Below are positions 11,001 through 20,672 of a DNA stretch of 64,000 nt, piece after piece. This stretch comes from an uncultured delta proteobacterium (GTDB lineage: Bacteria > Myxococcota_A > Polyangia > Polyangiales > Polyangiaceae), in assembly GCA_963782055.1 (NCBI GenBank), contig CAWAIF010000003.1, forward strand, positions 6,016,001-6,080,000, in the 5' to 3' direction. The notes below the pieces were generated by a model. It was given only the letters and a program-made list of their open reading frames with translations, did no database searches and had not been told where the DNA came from. Every line of letters starts with the position of its first letter. Position 1 is the stretch's first letter. The position numbers and the translations under genes were made by a program.

Positions 11001-12305
11001 ATGAATCTGGGCGAGAACATCCGCTTCTACGCCGCCACCGACGTTGGCAAGGTCCGCGATCACAACGAGGACAACTTCCTCGTCGACAAGAAGCTCGCGC
11101 TCTTCGTCGTGGCGGACGGGATGGGCGGCCACGCCGCCGGAGAGGTCGCGAGCGCCATCGCGGTGCGCACCCTCCACGAGGAGATCAAGAAGGAGCGCGA
11201 GCTCATCGCGTCGTACGCGGCCACGCCGCGGCAGGCCACGCCGCGGCAGGTCGTCGCCCTGCTCGAGCATGCCGTGCAGCGCGCGTGCGCCAAGATCCAC
11301 GAGGAGGCGCAGGCCGACCCCGAGAAGCGCGGCATGGGCACCACGCTCAGCGCGATCATGATCATCGGGCAGCAGGGCTTCATCGCGCACGTCGGGGACA
11401 GCCGCATTTACCTGATGCGCAACGGCCACGTGCAGCAGGTCACCGAGGACCACACCGTCTACAACGAGCTCATCAAGCGCGGGAAGCTCTCCCGCGAGCA
11501 GATCGAGAAGGTCGCCCAGAAGAACGCCATCACCCGCGCCGTCGGCGTCTACGAGCGGGTGGAGGTGGACACGCTCGTCCTGGAGGTCCTGCTCGGTGAC
11601 GTCTTCCTCCTCTGCTCCGACGGCCTGGCCGGCTACCTCGAGGGCCCGGAGGAGCTGGAGCCGCTCCTCGCCCTGGAGGGCAACGCCGCCCCGAAGAGCC
11701 TCATCGACCTCGCCAACGACCGCGGCGGCAAGGACAACATCACCGGCGTCGTCGTCAAGCTCGGCGACGCCGACGCCCGCGACGAGCAGCGGGCCCGTCT
11801 GCTCAGCCTCAAGCGCGAGGTGCTGGCGAAGATGCCCATCTTCTCGCGCCTCACCGAGCGCGAGCTGCTGCGCGTCATGCAGGCCGTCGAGGTGCGCGCC
11901 TACGACAATCAGGCGGTGGTCATCAAGGAGGGCGACAAGGGCGACGAGCTCTTCATCGTCCTCACCGGCAAGGTGCGCGTCTCGCGCGGGGACCAGACCC
12001 TCACCTTCCTGGGGCAGGGTGAGCACGTCGGCGAGATGGCCCTCATCCGCAGCGTGCCGCGATCGGCGACGGTCACCGCGGAGGGCCACGCTGAGCTCAT
12101 CGCCATCCGCCGCGCCAACTTCTTCGAGATCCTGCGCAAGGAGCACGAGCTCGCGGTGAAGATGCTCTGGCAGTTCCTCGGCGTGCTGGCGGACCGGCTG
12201 GACCAGACCTCCAGCGAGCTGCGCCACGCCAAGCAAGAGCTCTCCGCGGAGGACGTCTCCGCCGAGATCTTCTCCGACGCCGAGCACCCCGCCCAGCCCG
12301 ATTGA
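11001..12305 (+). CDS. PP2C/PPM Ser/Thr phosphatase with C-terminal cNMP-binding domain
   Basis: RDHNED, VADGMGGH, GMGTT, HVGDSRIY, LLCSDGL, GGKDNIT; then IKEGDKGDELFIV..GEMALI..PRSATV. Confidence 0.95.
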   Translation: MNLGENIRFYAATDVGKVRDHNEDNFLVDKKLALFVVADGMGGHAAGEVASAIAVRTLHEEIKKERELIASYAATPRQATPRQVVALLEHAVQRACAKIHEEAQADPEKRGMGTTLSAIMIIGQQGFIAHVGDSRIYLMRNGHVQQVTEDHTVYNELIKRGKLSREQIEKVAQKNAITRAVGVYERVEVDTLVLEVLLGDVFLLCSDGLAGYLEGPEELEPLLALEGNAAPKSLIDLANDRGGKDNITGVVVKLGDADARDEQRARLLSLKREVLAKMPIFSRLTERELLRVMQAVEVRAYDNQAVVIKEGDKGDELFIVLTGKVRVSRGDQTLTFLGQGEHVGEMALIRSVPRSATVTAEGHAELIAIRRANFFEILRKEHELAVKMLWQFLGVLADRLDQTSSELRHAKQELSAEDVSAEIFSDAEHPAQPD

Positions 12306-12307
12306 CG

Positions 12308-13279
12308 ATGCTGCGCCCTCGCTCGCGATCGTCAGCGTGCTCGCGATCCGCGGTGGCGCCCCGCCCCCTCCCCATCTTGCTGGCCCTCTGCGGCCTCTGC
12401 GCCGTCGCCGGCTGCAAGCACGACGAGGAGTTCAGCCCGGTCCCGCCCCCATCGGCCTCCACCGCGAGCACCCTGCCCCCCCCGGCGTCCGCCTCCGCGT
12501 CCGCCTCCGCCGCCCCGCCTCCCCCCGCCTGCCGCGTCATCGCCGTCGCCGGTGCGCCCGCCCTGCACCCGCGGGAGGCCGTGCCCGACGACTTCATGGC
12601 CCTCCCCGCCGGCTCCAAGATCACCGTGGAGGACACCCGCTCCACCCGCCAGACCACCTTCCTCGGCCCGGCCTCGGTCTGGGCGTGCGTGGCAGGGGAC
12701 GAGGCCACCTGGCTGGCGCAGGGCACCTTCCAGAGCGTCGCCGGCGCGGGGGAGCGCCCCGGCGCGCAGGAGTGGATCACCACCCCGGAGGCGGTCATCC
12801 GCTACGCGTCCGCCCGGATGAAGGTCTTCGCGACCCCGAAGGGCACCGTCGTCCAGCTCTCGGCGGGCGCCGCCTCGGTCCTCCCCTTCGGCCCGGTCGC
12901 CCGCCCGGACGCCGGGGCGGCGGAGGCCGGCGCCGCCACCGACGCCGAGGGCTGGGTCCGGGTGGTGCCCGGCGTGGAGCTCCGCGTCATGACGGTGCCC
13001 GGAGGACCGCGCGCCGCCGTGAGCCGCTGCGAGGGAGACGGCCGCGACGCCCGCGCCCTGGCCGACGCGATGGGCCGCGCGCCTCACGCCGACGGCGGGG
13101 CCAACCTGGGCGAAGTGACCCTGCGGCACGTGGTGGCGCGGGAGAAGGCGCGCGCCGCCTGCGCGGTGGCTGGCCTGGTGGCGCGGCGGCTGCCCCAGGG
13201 GCCGGAGCGCACCTCCCTCGTCGCGCGGGCCGACGCCGGCGACGCCGCGTGGCGCGTGGTGCCGACAGGCAGGCCGTGA
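12308..13279 (+). CDS. Hypothetical lipoprotein, possibly FecR-like beta domain
   Basis: VAGC lipobox, Pro/Ser linker, then beta-rich segment with LAQGTF and ITTPEAVIR. Confidence 0.6.
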   Translation: MLRPRSRSSACSRSAVAPRPLPILLALCGLCAVAGCKHDEEFSPVPPPSASTASTLPPPASASASASAAPPPPACRVIAVAGAPALHPREAVPDDFMALPAGSKITVEDTRSTRQTTFLGPASVWACVAGDEATWLAQGTFQSVAGAGERPGAQEWITTPEAVIRYASARMKVFATPKGTVVQLSAGAASVLPFGPVARPDAGAAEAGAATDAEGWVRVVPGVELRVMTVPGGPRAAVSRCEGDGRDARALADAMGRAPHADGGANLGEVTLRHVVAREKARAACAVAGLVARRLPQGPERTSLVARADAGDAAWRVVPTGRP

Positions 13280-13328
13280 CGCGCGGTTGACACCGTCTCG
13301 CAGGCCCGGCTAGCGTCCGCAAGGCGAC

Positions 13329-14780
13329 ATGATCTCCAAGAAGGCGACGCTGCGAGTCCTATTGGGCTCGGCCATGGCCGTCGCGGCCACCGGTCGCGCA
13401 GCACACGCCGACGAGCCCGTCGCCGCCGGAGAGCCGCGCCTGCTCGACGAGACCGCCGAGGCGACGAGCGTCGTCGATGCCTTCGACAAGGGCGACCCGT
13501 TCGACCTCAACATCACCGTCGGCTTCCAGCAGTCATGGAAGCGCGCCGACATCCACCGCGAGACCGCGCTGAACCAGCCGGGCCTGTCCACCGGCGGGTT
13601 CGTCTCCAACAACGAGAACGTCGCCAGGTTCTCGCAGGACCTGAGCATCCTCAACGTCGGCGCGGACGTGGGCATCTACCACGACCTCGCGCTGGTCTTC
13701 CGCATGCCGATCGTCCTGGCGGATTCGCGGCAGCTCGGCGATCTGGACGGCTCGTCCAAGAACCCGCAGCGCCTCTACGACCCGACGGGCGCCCCGCTGT
13801 TCAGCGTGCCCTTCAAGAGCCCCACCCGCTCGGGCATCGACTACTTCAGCGTGGGCCTCAACTGGGCGCCGCTCAACCAGCAGCGCGACCACACCAAGCC
13901 CACCTGGGTCATCGGCGCGGAGGGCCGCTTCGGCGTGGGCTCGCCGCTCCACGCGTGCGACGCCACCCAGAGCAGCGACAGCCCCCGCTGTCCCGACCCC
14001 GCCAACCCGAGCGACACCACGCGCGACCCCGGCCTCAGCCGCGCCATGTACGGGGTGGACGTCAAGACGGTCATCTCCCGGCGCTTCGGCTACGTGGAGC
14101 CGTACACTGGCTTCGAGTTCCTCGCGGACTTCCCCCGCTCCGACAGCGACTTCGGCAAGACGAACAACTTCCGCGGTGCGCTCGTCAACCACCCGCCGCT
14201 GGTGGGCACCTTCACCATCGGCCTGGAGGTGGTGCCGTGGGAGCGCCGTGAGGCGTGGCAGCGTCTGGTGTTCGACGTGCGGGTGCAGGGCATCTACAAC
14301 TCGCCCGGCCGCGAGTACTCCGAGCTCTTCGACGCCCTCGGCTCGTCGACGGCGCCGACACTGCGCAGCGCCAACCCCTCGGCGTACATGGCGGGGCCCA
14401 ACGGCAGCAGCATCGCCGACCCGAGCGCGCAGCAGGTCTACTTCACCGGCATCACCGACCAGCAGGCCTACGGCGCGCTGTCGGCGCAGGCGGGCGTGAC
14501 CTGGCAGGCCGGGCAGTACGTCAAGTTCAACCTCTCCGGCGGCGTCCGGCTGAACGAGTCGCACGCGGTGACCGCCGCCGACCCGTGCAACCCCAACGTC
14601 TCGGCCGACGCGGCGAGCTCCGGCCCGTGCCGCACCGCCGACCCCAACTCCGCCACCCAGCGCGTCACCGGCATCCCCAACCCGAACTACCGCGCCGTCA
14701 TCGACGCCCCGGGGCATCGCTTCACGGTGGACAACACCGTGATCGGATCGCTCATGGTGAGCGGCGTCGTGATGTTCTGA
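13329..14780 (+). CDS. Putative outer-membrane beta-barrel protein
   Basis: Signal peptide AAHA-D; amphipathic beta-strands; C-terminal SGVVMF ends in Phe; strong coding bias. Confidence 0.7.
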   Translation: MISKKATLRVLLGSAMAVAATGRAAHADEPVAAGEPRLLDETAEATSVVDAFDKGDPFDLNITVGFQQSWKRADIHRETALNQPGLSTGGFVSNNENVARFSQDLSILNVGADVGIYHDLALVFRMPIVLADSRQLGDLDGSSKNPQRLYDPTGAPLFSVPFKSPTRSGIDYFSVGLNWAPLNQQRDHTKPTWVIGAEGRFGVGSPLHACDATQSSDSPRCPDPANPSDTTRDPGLSRAMYGVDVKTVISRRFGYVEPYTGFEFLADFPRSDSDFGKTNNFRGALVNHPPLVGTFTIGLEVVPWERREAWQRLVFDVRVQGIYNSPGREYSELFDALGSSTAPTLRSANPSAYMAGPNGSSIADPSAQQVYFTGITDQQAYGALSAQAGVTWQAGQYVKFNLSGGVRLNESHAVTAADPCNPNVSADAASSGPCRTADPNSATQRVTGIPNPNYRAVIDAPGHRFTVDNTVIGSLMVSGVVMF

Positions 14781-14790
14781 CCGCGCCACC

Positions 14791-14818
14791 CCGCCCTCTC
14801 CACGAGGGAGAGGGGCGG
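14791..14818. repeat. REP-like palindrome / possible terminator
   Basis: CCGCCCTCTCC-ACG-AGGGAGAGGGGCGG; related to 55901-55929. Confidence 0.55.
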
Positions 14819-14845
14819 CGGTGGAAGAAGGGGTAGAGTGGGGGC

Positions 14846-16391
14846 ATGCGACGGGTGTTGCTGCTCGCGATGGGGCTTGCCGCGGCCTCGGTGGCGCGCG
14901 TGGCGGACGCGGGCGAGCCCGCGCCGTCCGCCACCGCCGCGCCCGCGCCGTCCGCCGCGCCCGCGCCGTCCGCCTCCGCGCCGAAGACGCCGCCACCACC
15001 TCCCCCCACCGGGGACGAGACCTCCACCACCCCCGCCATCCTGTGGCCGACGCTCACGCCGGCCGGGGACTCCGGCGGGGGCCCGACGCATCGTCCCACC
15101 GAGGCGGAGCCTGGACTCTTCGTGCGCGCGCAGGAGCTCGACGCCACCCTGCGCGACGCCGTGCAGGATCTCGGCCTGTCCCTCTCCCTCGGGCAGCCGC
15201 CGGGCGAGCATCCGCGCGACATCGATCTGGTGCACGCCGCCGCGGCTTCGTCTTCTTCCGCGCCGCTCGCCGCCGGCGCGGCGGCGGGGGCGGGCAGCGA
15301 GACGCCGGGACGCTGGGTCATCAGCCCGCGGCTGGAGAGCGCCGGCACCAACACCTACCTGCTTCGCATCGTGGCGGTGCCGCCCGGATTCGAGCGAGCT
15401 GCGAGTGCGCGTGGCCACCGTCAAGGGCGTGGACGTGGCCGCGCGCGGGCTGGTGATGCTGCGCGACCTCATCGCACGCCACCCGAGCGAGGCCGCGCTG
15501 GCCGCGGTGCGCGCCAACGAGCCGACGGGCGTCACCGGCCCCACCGCCAGCGTGCCGCGCTCCACCGGCCGCGCCATCTTCGCGGCGACCGGCACCATCT
15601 TCGGCGGCTTCCTCGCCTTCAGCCTGCAGCGCGTCGCGGTGACCGACCCGAACAACGCCGACGACCCGCGCGTCCTCTACCCGCTGCTCCTGCTCGGCGC
15701 CGGCGTCGGCCTGGGCGGCGCGCTGCTCGCCAGCACCGAGTGGGACGTCACCACCGGCGACGCCCTCTACTTCGCCGGCGGCGCCGGCTGGGCGACAGCG
15801 GCGGGCTTCTTCATCTCCAGCGCGAGCGACGTGCAGCCTCTCAACGACCGCTACCTCTGGGGCGCGACCGGCGGCCTCATCGGGGCGACGCTGGCGACCG
15901 TGTCCCTCACGCGCGGGCACATCGACGACGGCGGCGCGGTGCTGACGCACTCCGGCGCGGCGATCGGCCTGGCCACCGGCAGCGTCATCGAGGAGATGGC
16001 CAAGGGCACCATCGCCCGCCCCCCGCCGATGGGTCAGGGCATCGGTACAGCAGTCGGGCTGGTGGGCGCGGGGCTGCTCGCGAGGCTCGTGAAGGTGTCG
16101 GCGTCGCGGGTGCTGCTGGTGGACCTGGGGGTGGGCCTCGGGAGCCTGGCCGGCGCGGCCGCCACCAGTCCGGTCATCTTCAACGACCAGAACCCGGACA
16201 CCACGCGCGTCTTTCTGGGCGTCACGTTCGGCGCGGGCGTCGCCGGCGGCGTCCTCGCGTACTTCCTGACGCACGCCTCGACCACGCCGCCTCTGAAGAA
16301 GGCGTGGGGCATGCCGGGCGGCGGGGTCATCGCCATCGGCCCGGACGGGCGCACGCCCGCCGTGGGCCTCACCTGGACGGCCCCGCTCTGA
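14846..16391 (+). CDS. Exported Gly-rich multi-TM membrane protein; apparent +1 frameshift near 15389
   Basis: Signal peptide and N-domain in ORF 14846; TM domain in the frame of ORF 14838. Removing one T in GATTC (15387-15391) gives PPGSSELRVRV. Confidence 0.75.
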
Positions 16392-17296
16392 TGGGCGACG
16401 CGGGCGCCAAGCTCCTGGCGGGCTCCGCCGGCGCGCTCTTCCTCCTCGGTGCACCGGCGGCGCACGCCGACCCGGCCGCGGCCGCGTGCACCACCATCGT
16501 GCACGGCGGCGTCTTCGACACCGGGATCGGCACCAGCCGCGTCGGCGACACGCTGATGGCGGAGCTCGGCGGCGAGTCGCTCGGCCTCCGCGCCTTCTCC
16601 CACGGGCGCTGGCTGCTGCAATGGGACGTCCTGGCCGCAGCGCGCGCCGGCTGGCTCGCCAGCGAGCACCCCTTCCTCTTCCTCGCGGGCGCCCACACCC
16701 TGGCCTGGCTGGAGGGCGGCGTGCGCATCCTCCCTCCGAAGCACTGGAGCCCGTACCTGGGCGCGCGGCTGGGTGGCGACGTGACGCTGATGGGCCACCC
16801 GGGCCTCGCCTCCTCCGACTTCGACACCATCAACGACGTGGGCGGCGCGGGCGGGGTCGTGGCGCGCGGGCTGGTGCGCGTCGCCGCGGGCGCCTCCTTC
16901 CTGGACCGCACGCGCTCGCTGCTCTTGGTGGCCTTCGCGCAGGAGGCGATGCAGGCGCGGCAGGTGGCGACGCCCGGCCTCGCCTTCACGCAGCTCGGTG
17001 TCGGCGCGCGCTTCGATCTGGCGGAGAGCGTCGTCGCCGAGGTCGAGGGCTCCTGGGGCGTCACCGCCGACAGCACCGACGCGCTGCGGGGCATCTCCGA
17101 CCAGACGTCGCGGATGGGCGTCGCCGCCGCGTTCCGCAAGATCTTCCACAACGGCATGTGGCTGGGCGTCTCGACGTCGCTGGAGCGCGACGGCGACGCG
17201 GTCACCTACCCTGGCGGCGCGAACTTCCAGACCACCGGCGCGCCGCGCTTCGCCTTCACCTTGCTCTACGGCGTCTCGCTGGGGAGGCGGCCGTGA
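16391..17296 (+). CDS. Exported, probably outer-membrane beta-barrel protein
   Basis: ATG overlaps the upstream TGA; signal AAHA-D; alternating beta-strands; ends FTLLYGVSLGRRP. Confidence 0.65.
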   Translation: MGDAGAKLLAGSAGALFLLGAPAAHADPAAAACTTIVHGGVFDTGIGTSRVGDTLMAELGGESLGLRAFSHGRWLLQWDVLAAARAGWLASEHPFLFLAGAHTLAWLEGGVRILPPKHWSPYLGARLGGDVTLMGHPGLASSDFDTINDVGGAGGVVARGLVRVAAGASFLDRTRSLLLVAFAQEAMQARQVATPGLAFTQLGVGARFDLAESVVAEVEGSWGVTADSTDALRGISDQTSRMGVAAAFRKIFHNGMWLGVSTSLERDGDAVTYPGGANFQTTGAPRFAFTLLYGVSLGRRP

Positions 17297-18684
17297 GGCC
17301 CCCTGGACTCCGCTCGCCGCGGGGGCTCCGGCGCGCCGCCCTCGGACTCGCCCTCGGCGCGGTCGTGTGCGCCGCGAGCTGCGATCCGCAGCGGGCGGGC
17401 TGGGGCCTCGACGCCGTCGAGACGATCCCCACCCCGACGGACGATCCCGGCCTGGGGTGTGGCGTCGTCGTCCCGGCCGACACGACGGCGGCCGCCCGCG
17501 CGGCGTGCACCTTCACCGCCGGCGCGCACGCCGCGCAGTCCATCGGCGTCCCGCGCGACGTCGGCCTCCACGTCCCGATCCGGCACGTCATCGTCGTCAT
17601 GAAGGAGAACCGCAGCTTCGATCACCTGCTCGGGAAGCTGCACGATCGCGGGCAGCCGGGCGTGCAGGCCGTCCCCGCGAGCTACTCCAACCCCGACGCC
17701 AGCGGCAACCCCGTCTTCCCCACGCACGCCACGACGACGTGCATTCCCTTCGACCCCGTCCATCAGGCGGACTCCATCGCCGCGTGCATCGACGACGGCA
17801 CGATGGACGGCTTCGTGCGGAACGCGGCCGCGACCACCGACTCCGACGGCAGCTTCGCCATGCAGTACTACGACGCGACCGACCTGCCCTTCGACTACTG
17901 GCTCGCCTCCACCTTCGCCATCGGCGATCGCGACTTCGCGCCCACCGCGAGCGGCACCTTCGCCAACCGCGCCTTCTTCATGTTCGGGACGAGCGCTGGC
18001 GTGGTGGACACCGGATTGGTGCACCCCGCACCCAACACGCCGTCCATCTTCCACCTGCTGATCGACGCGGGCTTCACCTGGCGCGCGTACTCGGATGGCG
18101 CACCCCTCAGCGGCACGCTCGACTGGCAGGCAGGCGACCCGGGCGTGAGGTCGATGGCGGACCTCTACGACGACCTGGACCACGGCACGCTCCCCAGCGT
18201 GGCGTTCGTCGATGGTCGGGAGAACTACGAGGACGACCACCCCATCGCCGACCTGCAGCTGGGGGAGGCCTGGCTGAAGCGGATCTACGACCACGCGGTC
18301 ACGAGCCCCGAGTGGCAGCGCCTGGCGATCGTGTGGACGTACGACGAGTGCGGCGCCTTCGCCGACCACGTCCCGCCGCCGGGGGCGTGCCGCGCCGCGC
18401 CGTCCGGGTCTCCCTTCACCCTGCGCGGCCCGCGCGTGCCGCTGGTGGTCGTCTCCCCGTGGGCGAAGCGCAACTACGTCTCGCACGTGGTGCGCGACCA
18501 CACCGCGATCACGCGCTTCATCGAGACGCTCTTCGACCTCCCCGCGCTGACGGCCCGCGACGCGAACGCCGACGCGCTGCTGGACATGTTCGACTTCTCC
18601 TGCGGCCGGGACCTCTCGGTCCCCGCCGCGCCGGCCGCCGGGACGGGCGGGTGCCCGAACCCGCCTCCGCCGGGGAGCGACTAG
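17293..18684 (+). CDS. Phosphoesterase / phospholipase C-family lipoprotein
   Basis: IRHVIVVMKENRSFDH, WTYDECGAFADHVPPP, GPRVPLVVVSPW, DHTAI. Confidence 0.92.
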   Translation: MRPPGLRSPRGLRRAALGLALGAVVCAASCDPQRAGWGLDAVETIPTPTDDPGLGCGVVVPADTTAAARAACTFTAGAHAAQSIGVPRDVGLHVPIRHVIVVMKENRSFDHLLGKLHDRGQPGVQAVPASYSNPDASGNPVFPTHATTTCIPFDPVHQADSIAACIDDGTMDGFVRNAAATTDSDGSFAMQYYDATDLPFDYWLASTFAIGDRDFAPTASGTFANRAFFMFGTSAGVVDTGLVHPAPNTPSIFHLLIDAGFTWRAYSDGAPLSGTLDWQAGDPGVRSMADLYDDLDHGTLPSVAFVDGRENYEDDHPIADLQLGEAWLKRIYDHAVTSPEWQRLAIVWTYDECGAFADHVPPPGACRAAPSGSPFTLRGPRVPLVVVSPWAKRNYVSHVVRDHTAITRFIETLFDLPALTARDANADALLDMFDFSCGRDLSVPAAPAAGTGGCPNPPPPGSD

Positions 18685-20642
18685 GAAGCCGGCGCGCTGA
18701 CCGCCGCGCCCAGCACGTCGGCGATCGCCGCCTCCAGCGCCCGCACGTCGATGGGCTTGTCCAGCACCGGGCGCCCGGACCGCGCGGAGAACTCGCGCGC
18801 GCGCGTGTCCAGCGCCCCGCCGGTCATGAAGATCATCCGCGCCTCCAGGCCGCCGAGGTGGCGCTGCACGTAGTCGTGCAGGTCCATCCCGGAGACGCCG
18901 TTCATGTGCAGGTCGCAGAGGATGACGTCGAAGCGCTCATCGGCCTCCAGGCGATCGATCGCCTCCTGTCCGCCGAGCGCCACCGCCACGTCCGGCCGGC
19001 GCAGCAGGCGCGCCACGAGGTGGGCGAGCTGCGGTTCGTCGTCGACGACGAGGAAGCGCGCGCCATCCTCCGGCGCGGCGGGTGCCTCCTCCACCGCGCC
19101 GCCGGCGCGATCGCTCTCCGGCGCCTCCGCCACGCACGGGAGCACCACGCGGAACCGGCTGCCCCGCGGGGCGTTGGGCGTCGCCGTGATGCTGCCACCG
19201 AGCGAAGAGACGATGTGCCTGGAGATGGACAGGCCCAGGCCGGTGCCTTCGCCCGCCTTGGTGGTGAAGAACGGCTCGAAGATCCGGCTCGCGTGCTCGG
19301 CCGGGATGCCCACGCCGCTGTCCACCACCTCCACCGCGATCATGCCCGGGTCCGCGGGGTGGACCTCCAGCCGGACCTGATTACCCTCGACGTCTCCCTC
19401 CGGGATCGCCTGGCCGGCGTTGACGAGCAGGTTCAGGAAGACCTGCCCGAGCCGCGCCTCGCTGCCCAGGACGAAGGGCACGTCATGGTAGGCCTTCACG
19501 AGCCGCGCGCGGTGGTGCACCTCGTGGTCGGCCATCGCCGCGCAGAGGTCGAGGACGTGGCCGAGGTCCACCGGCTCGAGCGACTCCACCGACTCGCGCG
19601 ACAGCGCCCGGAGGTCCACGACGATCGCGCGGATGCGCTCCGCACCCTCGCGGACGTTGGCGAGCAGCTCGTGGAGCTGGCGGGCGCGCTCCGGCTCCAG
19701 CGCGACGTGACCGAGCTCGCGGTCGATGAGCTCGAGCGAACCCAGGACGTAGGCGAGCGGGTTGTTGATCTCGTGGCCCACCGCGGCCGACAGGCGGCCG
19801 AGCGCCGAGAGGCGGTCGGCGGTGACGAGCTGGGCCTCCAGGCGCTTGCGCTCGCGCAGGTCGTCGATGACCCCCATCGGGCAGAGCTCCCCGCGCAGGA
19901 AGATGGGGACGGAGGTGACCTCCACCGGGATGCGCGAGCCGTCCTTGTGTGCGAGCGCGTGCTCGCGCGTCCGCACACCCGCCCGCTCCTCGGGTCGCGA
20001 TTGCATGTGGTGCTCGACGTAGGCGCGGTGAGGCACGTCGACGATGGAGAGCACGCTCGCCCCCAGCAGGTCCGCCTCCGCGTAGCCGAACACCTCGGTG
20101 AACGCGCGGTTGATCAGCACGAAGCGGGCGTCGCGATGAATCACGGCGGGCACGGGCATCGCCCGGATGAACTCCTCGAAATGCTCCTCCGACCGGCGAA
20201 GCGCCTCCTCGGCCTCGTGACGCTCGGTCACGTCGTGCGACGTCGACTGGAAGCCGGCCACGGCGCCTCCGGCGTCGCGCAGCACGTCCGTCGTGTACTC
20301 CATCCACACGTACGTGCCGTCCTTGCGACGCGCCCGGGCGGTGACCGTGGGCGCGGCGCCCGTCCGAAGCGCCTCGGCGAAGCCGGCGCGGCGAGCCTCC
20401 AGCTCCTGCGGATTGAGGAAGGCGAAGGCGTCCTGCCCGACAATCTCCTCCGGGTCGAAGCCGAGCACCTGGCGGATGGACGGGGAGACGTAGGTGACGC
20501 GCCCCTTCGCGTCGATGCGCGAGAGCACCGCGTGCGCGTTGTTGGCGAGGAGCTCGTAGCGCTCCTCCGCGTCACGTAACGCCGCTCTCGCGGCCTCCAC
20601 CTCGGCCGTGAGGCGGGCGATGGCGTCCCCGTCCCCTTCCAT
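18681..20642 (-). CDS. Hybrid sensor histidine kinase (2 PAS, HisKA, HATPase, REC)
   Basis: YVSPS PAS; GHEINNPL; NLLVNA; DSGVGI; FFTTK; GTGLGL; LVVDDE..LCDLHM. Confidence 0.95.
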   Translation of the reverse strand: MEGDGDAIARLTAEVEAARAALRDAEERYELLANNAHAVLSRIDAKGRVTYVSPSIRQVLGFDPEEIVGQDAFAFLNPQELEARRAGFAEALRTGAAPTVTARARRKDGTYVWMEYTTDVLRDAGGAVAGFQSTSHDVTERHEAEEALRRSEEHFEEFIRAMPVPAVIHRDARFVLINRAFTEVFGYAEADLLGASVLSIVDVPHRAYVEHHMQSRPEERAGVRTREHALAHKDGSRIPVEVTSVPIFLRGELCPMGVIDDLRERKRLEAQLVTADRLSALGRLSAAVGHEINNPLAYVLGSLELIDRELGHVALEPERARQLHELLANVREGAERIRAIVVDLRALSRESVESLEPVDLGHVLDLCAAMADHEVHHRARLVKAYHDVPFVLGSEARLGQVFLNLLVNAGQAIPEGDVEGNQVRLEVHPADPGMIAVEVVDSGVGIPAEHASRIFEPFFTTKAGEGTGLGLSISRHIVSSLGGSITATPNAPRGSRFRVVLPCVAEAPESDRAGGAVEEAPAAPEDGARFLVVDDEPQLAHLVARLLRRPDVAVALGGQEAIDRLEADERFDVILCDLHMNGVSGMDLHDYVQRHLGGLEARMIFMTGGALDTRAREFSARSGRPVLDKPIDVRALEAAIADVLGAAVSAPAS

Positions 20643-20672
20643 GCGCGGCCAGTATAGCGGAACGCCGTCTCT

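Noticed and set aside
14846..17296. 816-aa single ORF
   Set aside because: Chimera created by the frameshift near 15389; better explained as two genes (14846-16391 and 16391-17296).
16998..20579. 1193-aa + strand ORF
   Set aside because: Off-frame over the phosphoesterase and antisense to the hybrid kinase; Arg/Pro-rich with no motifs.
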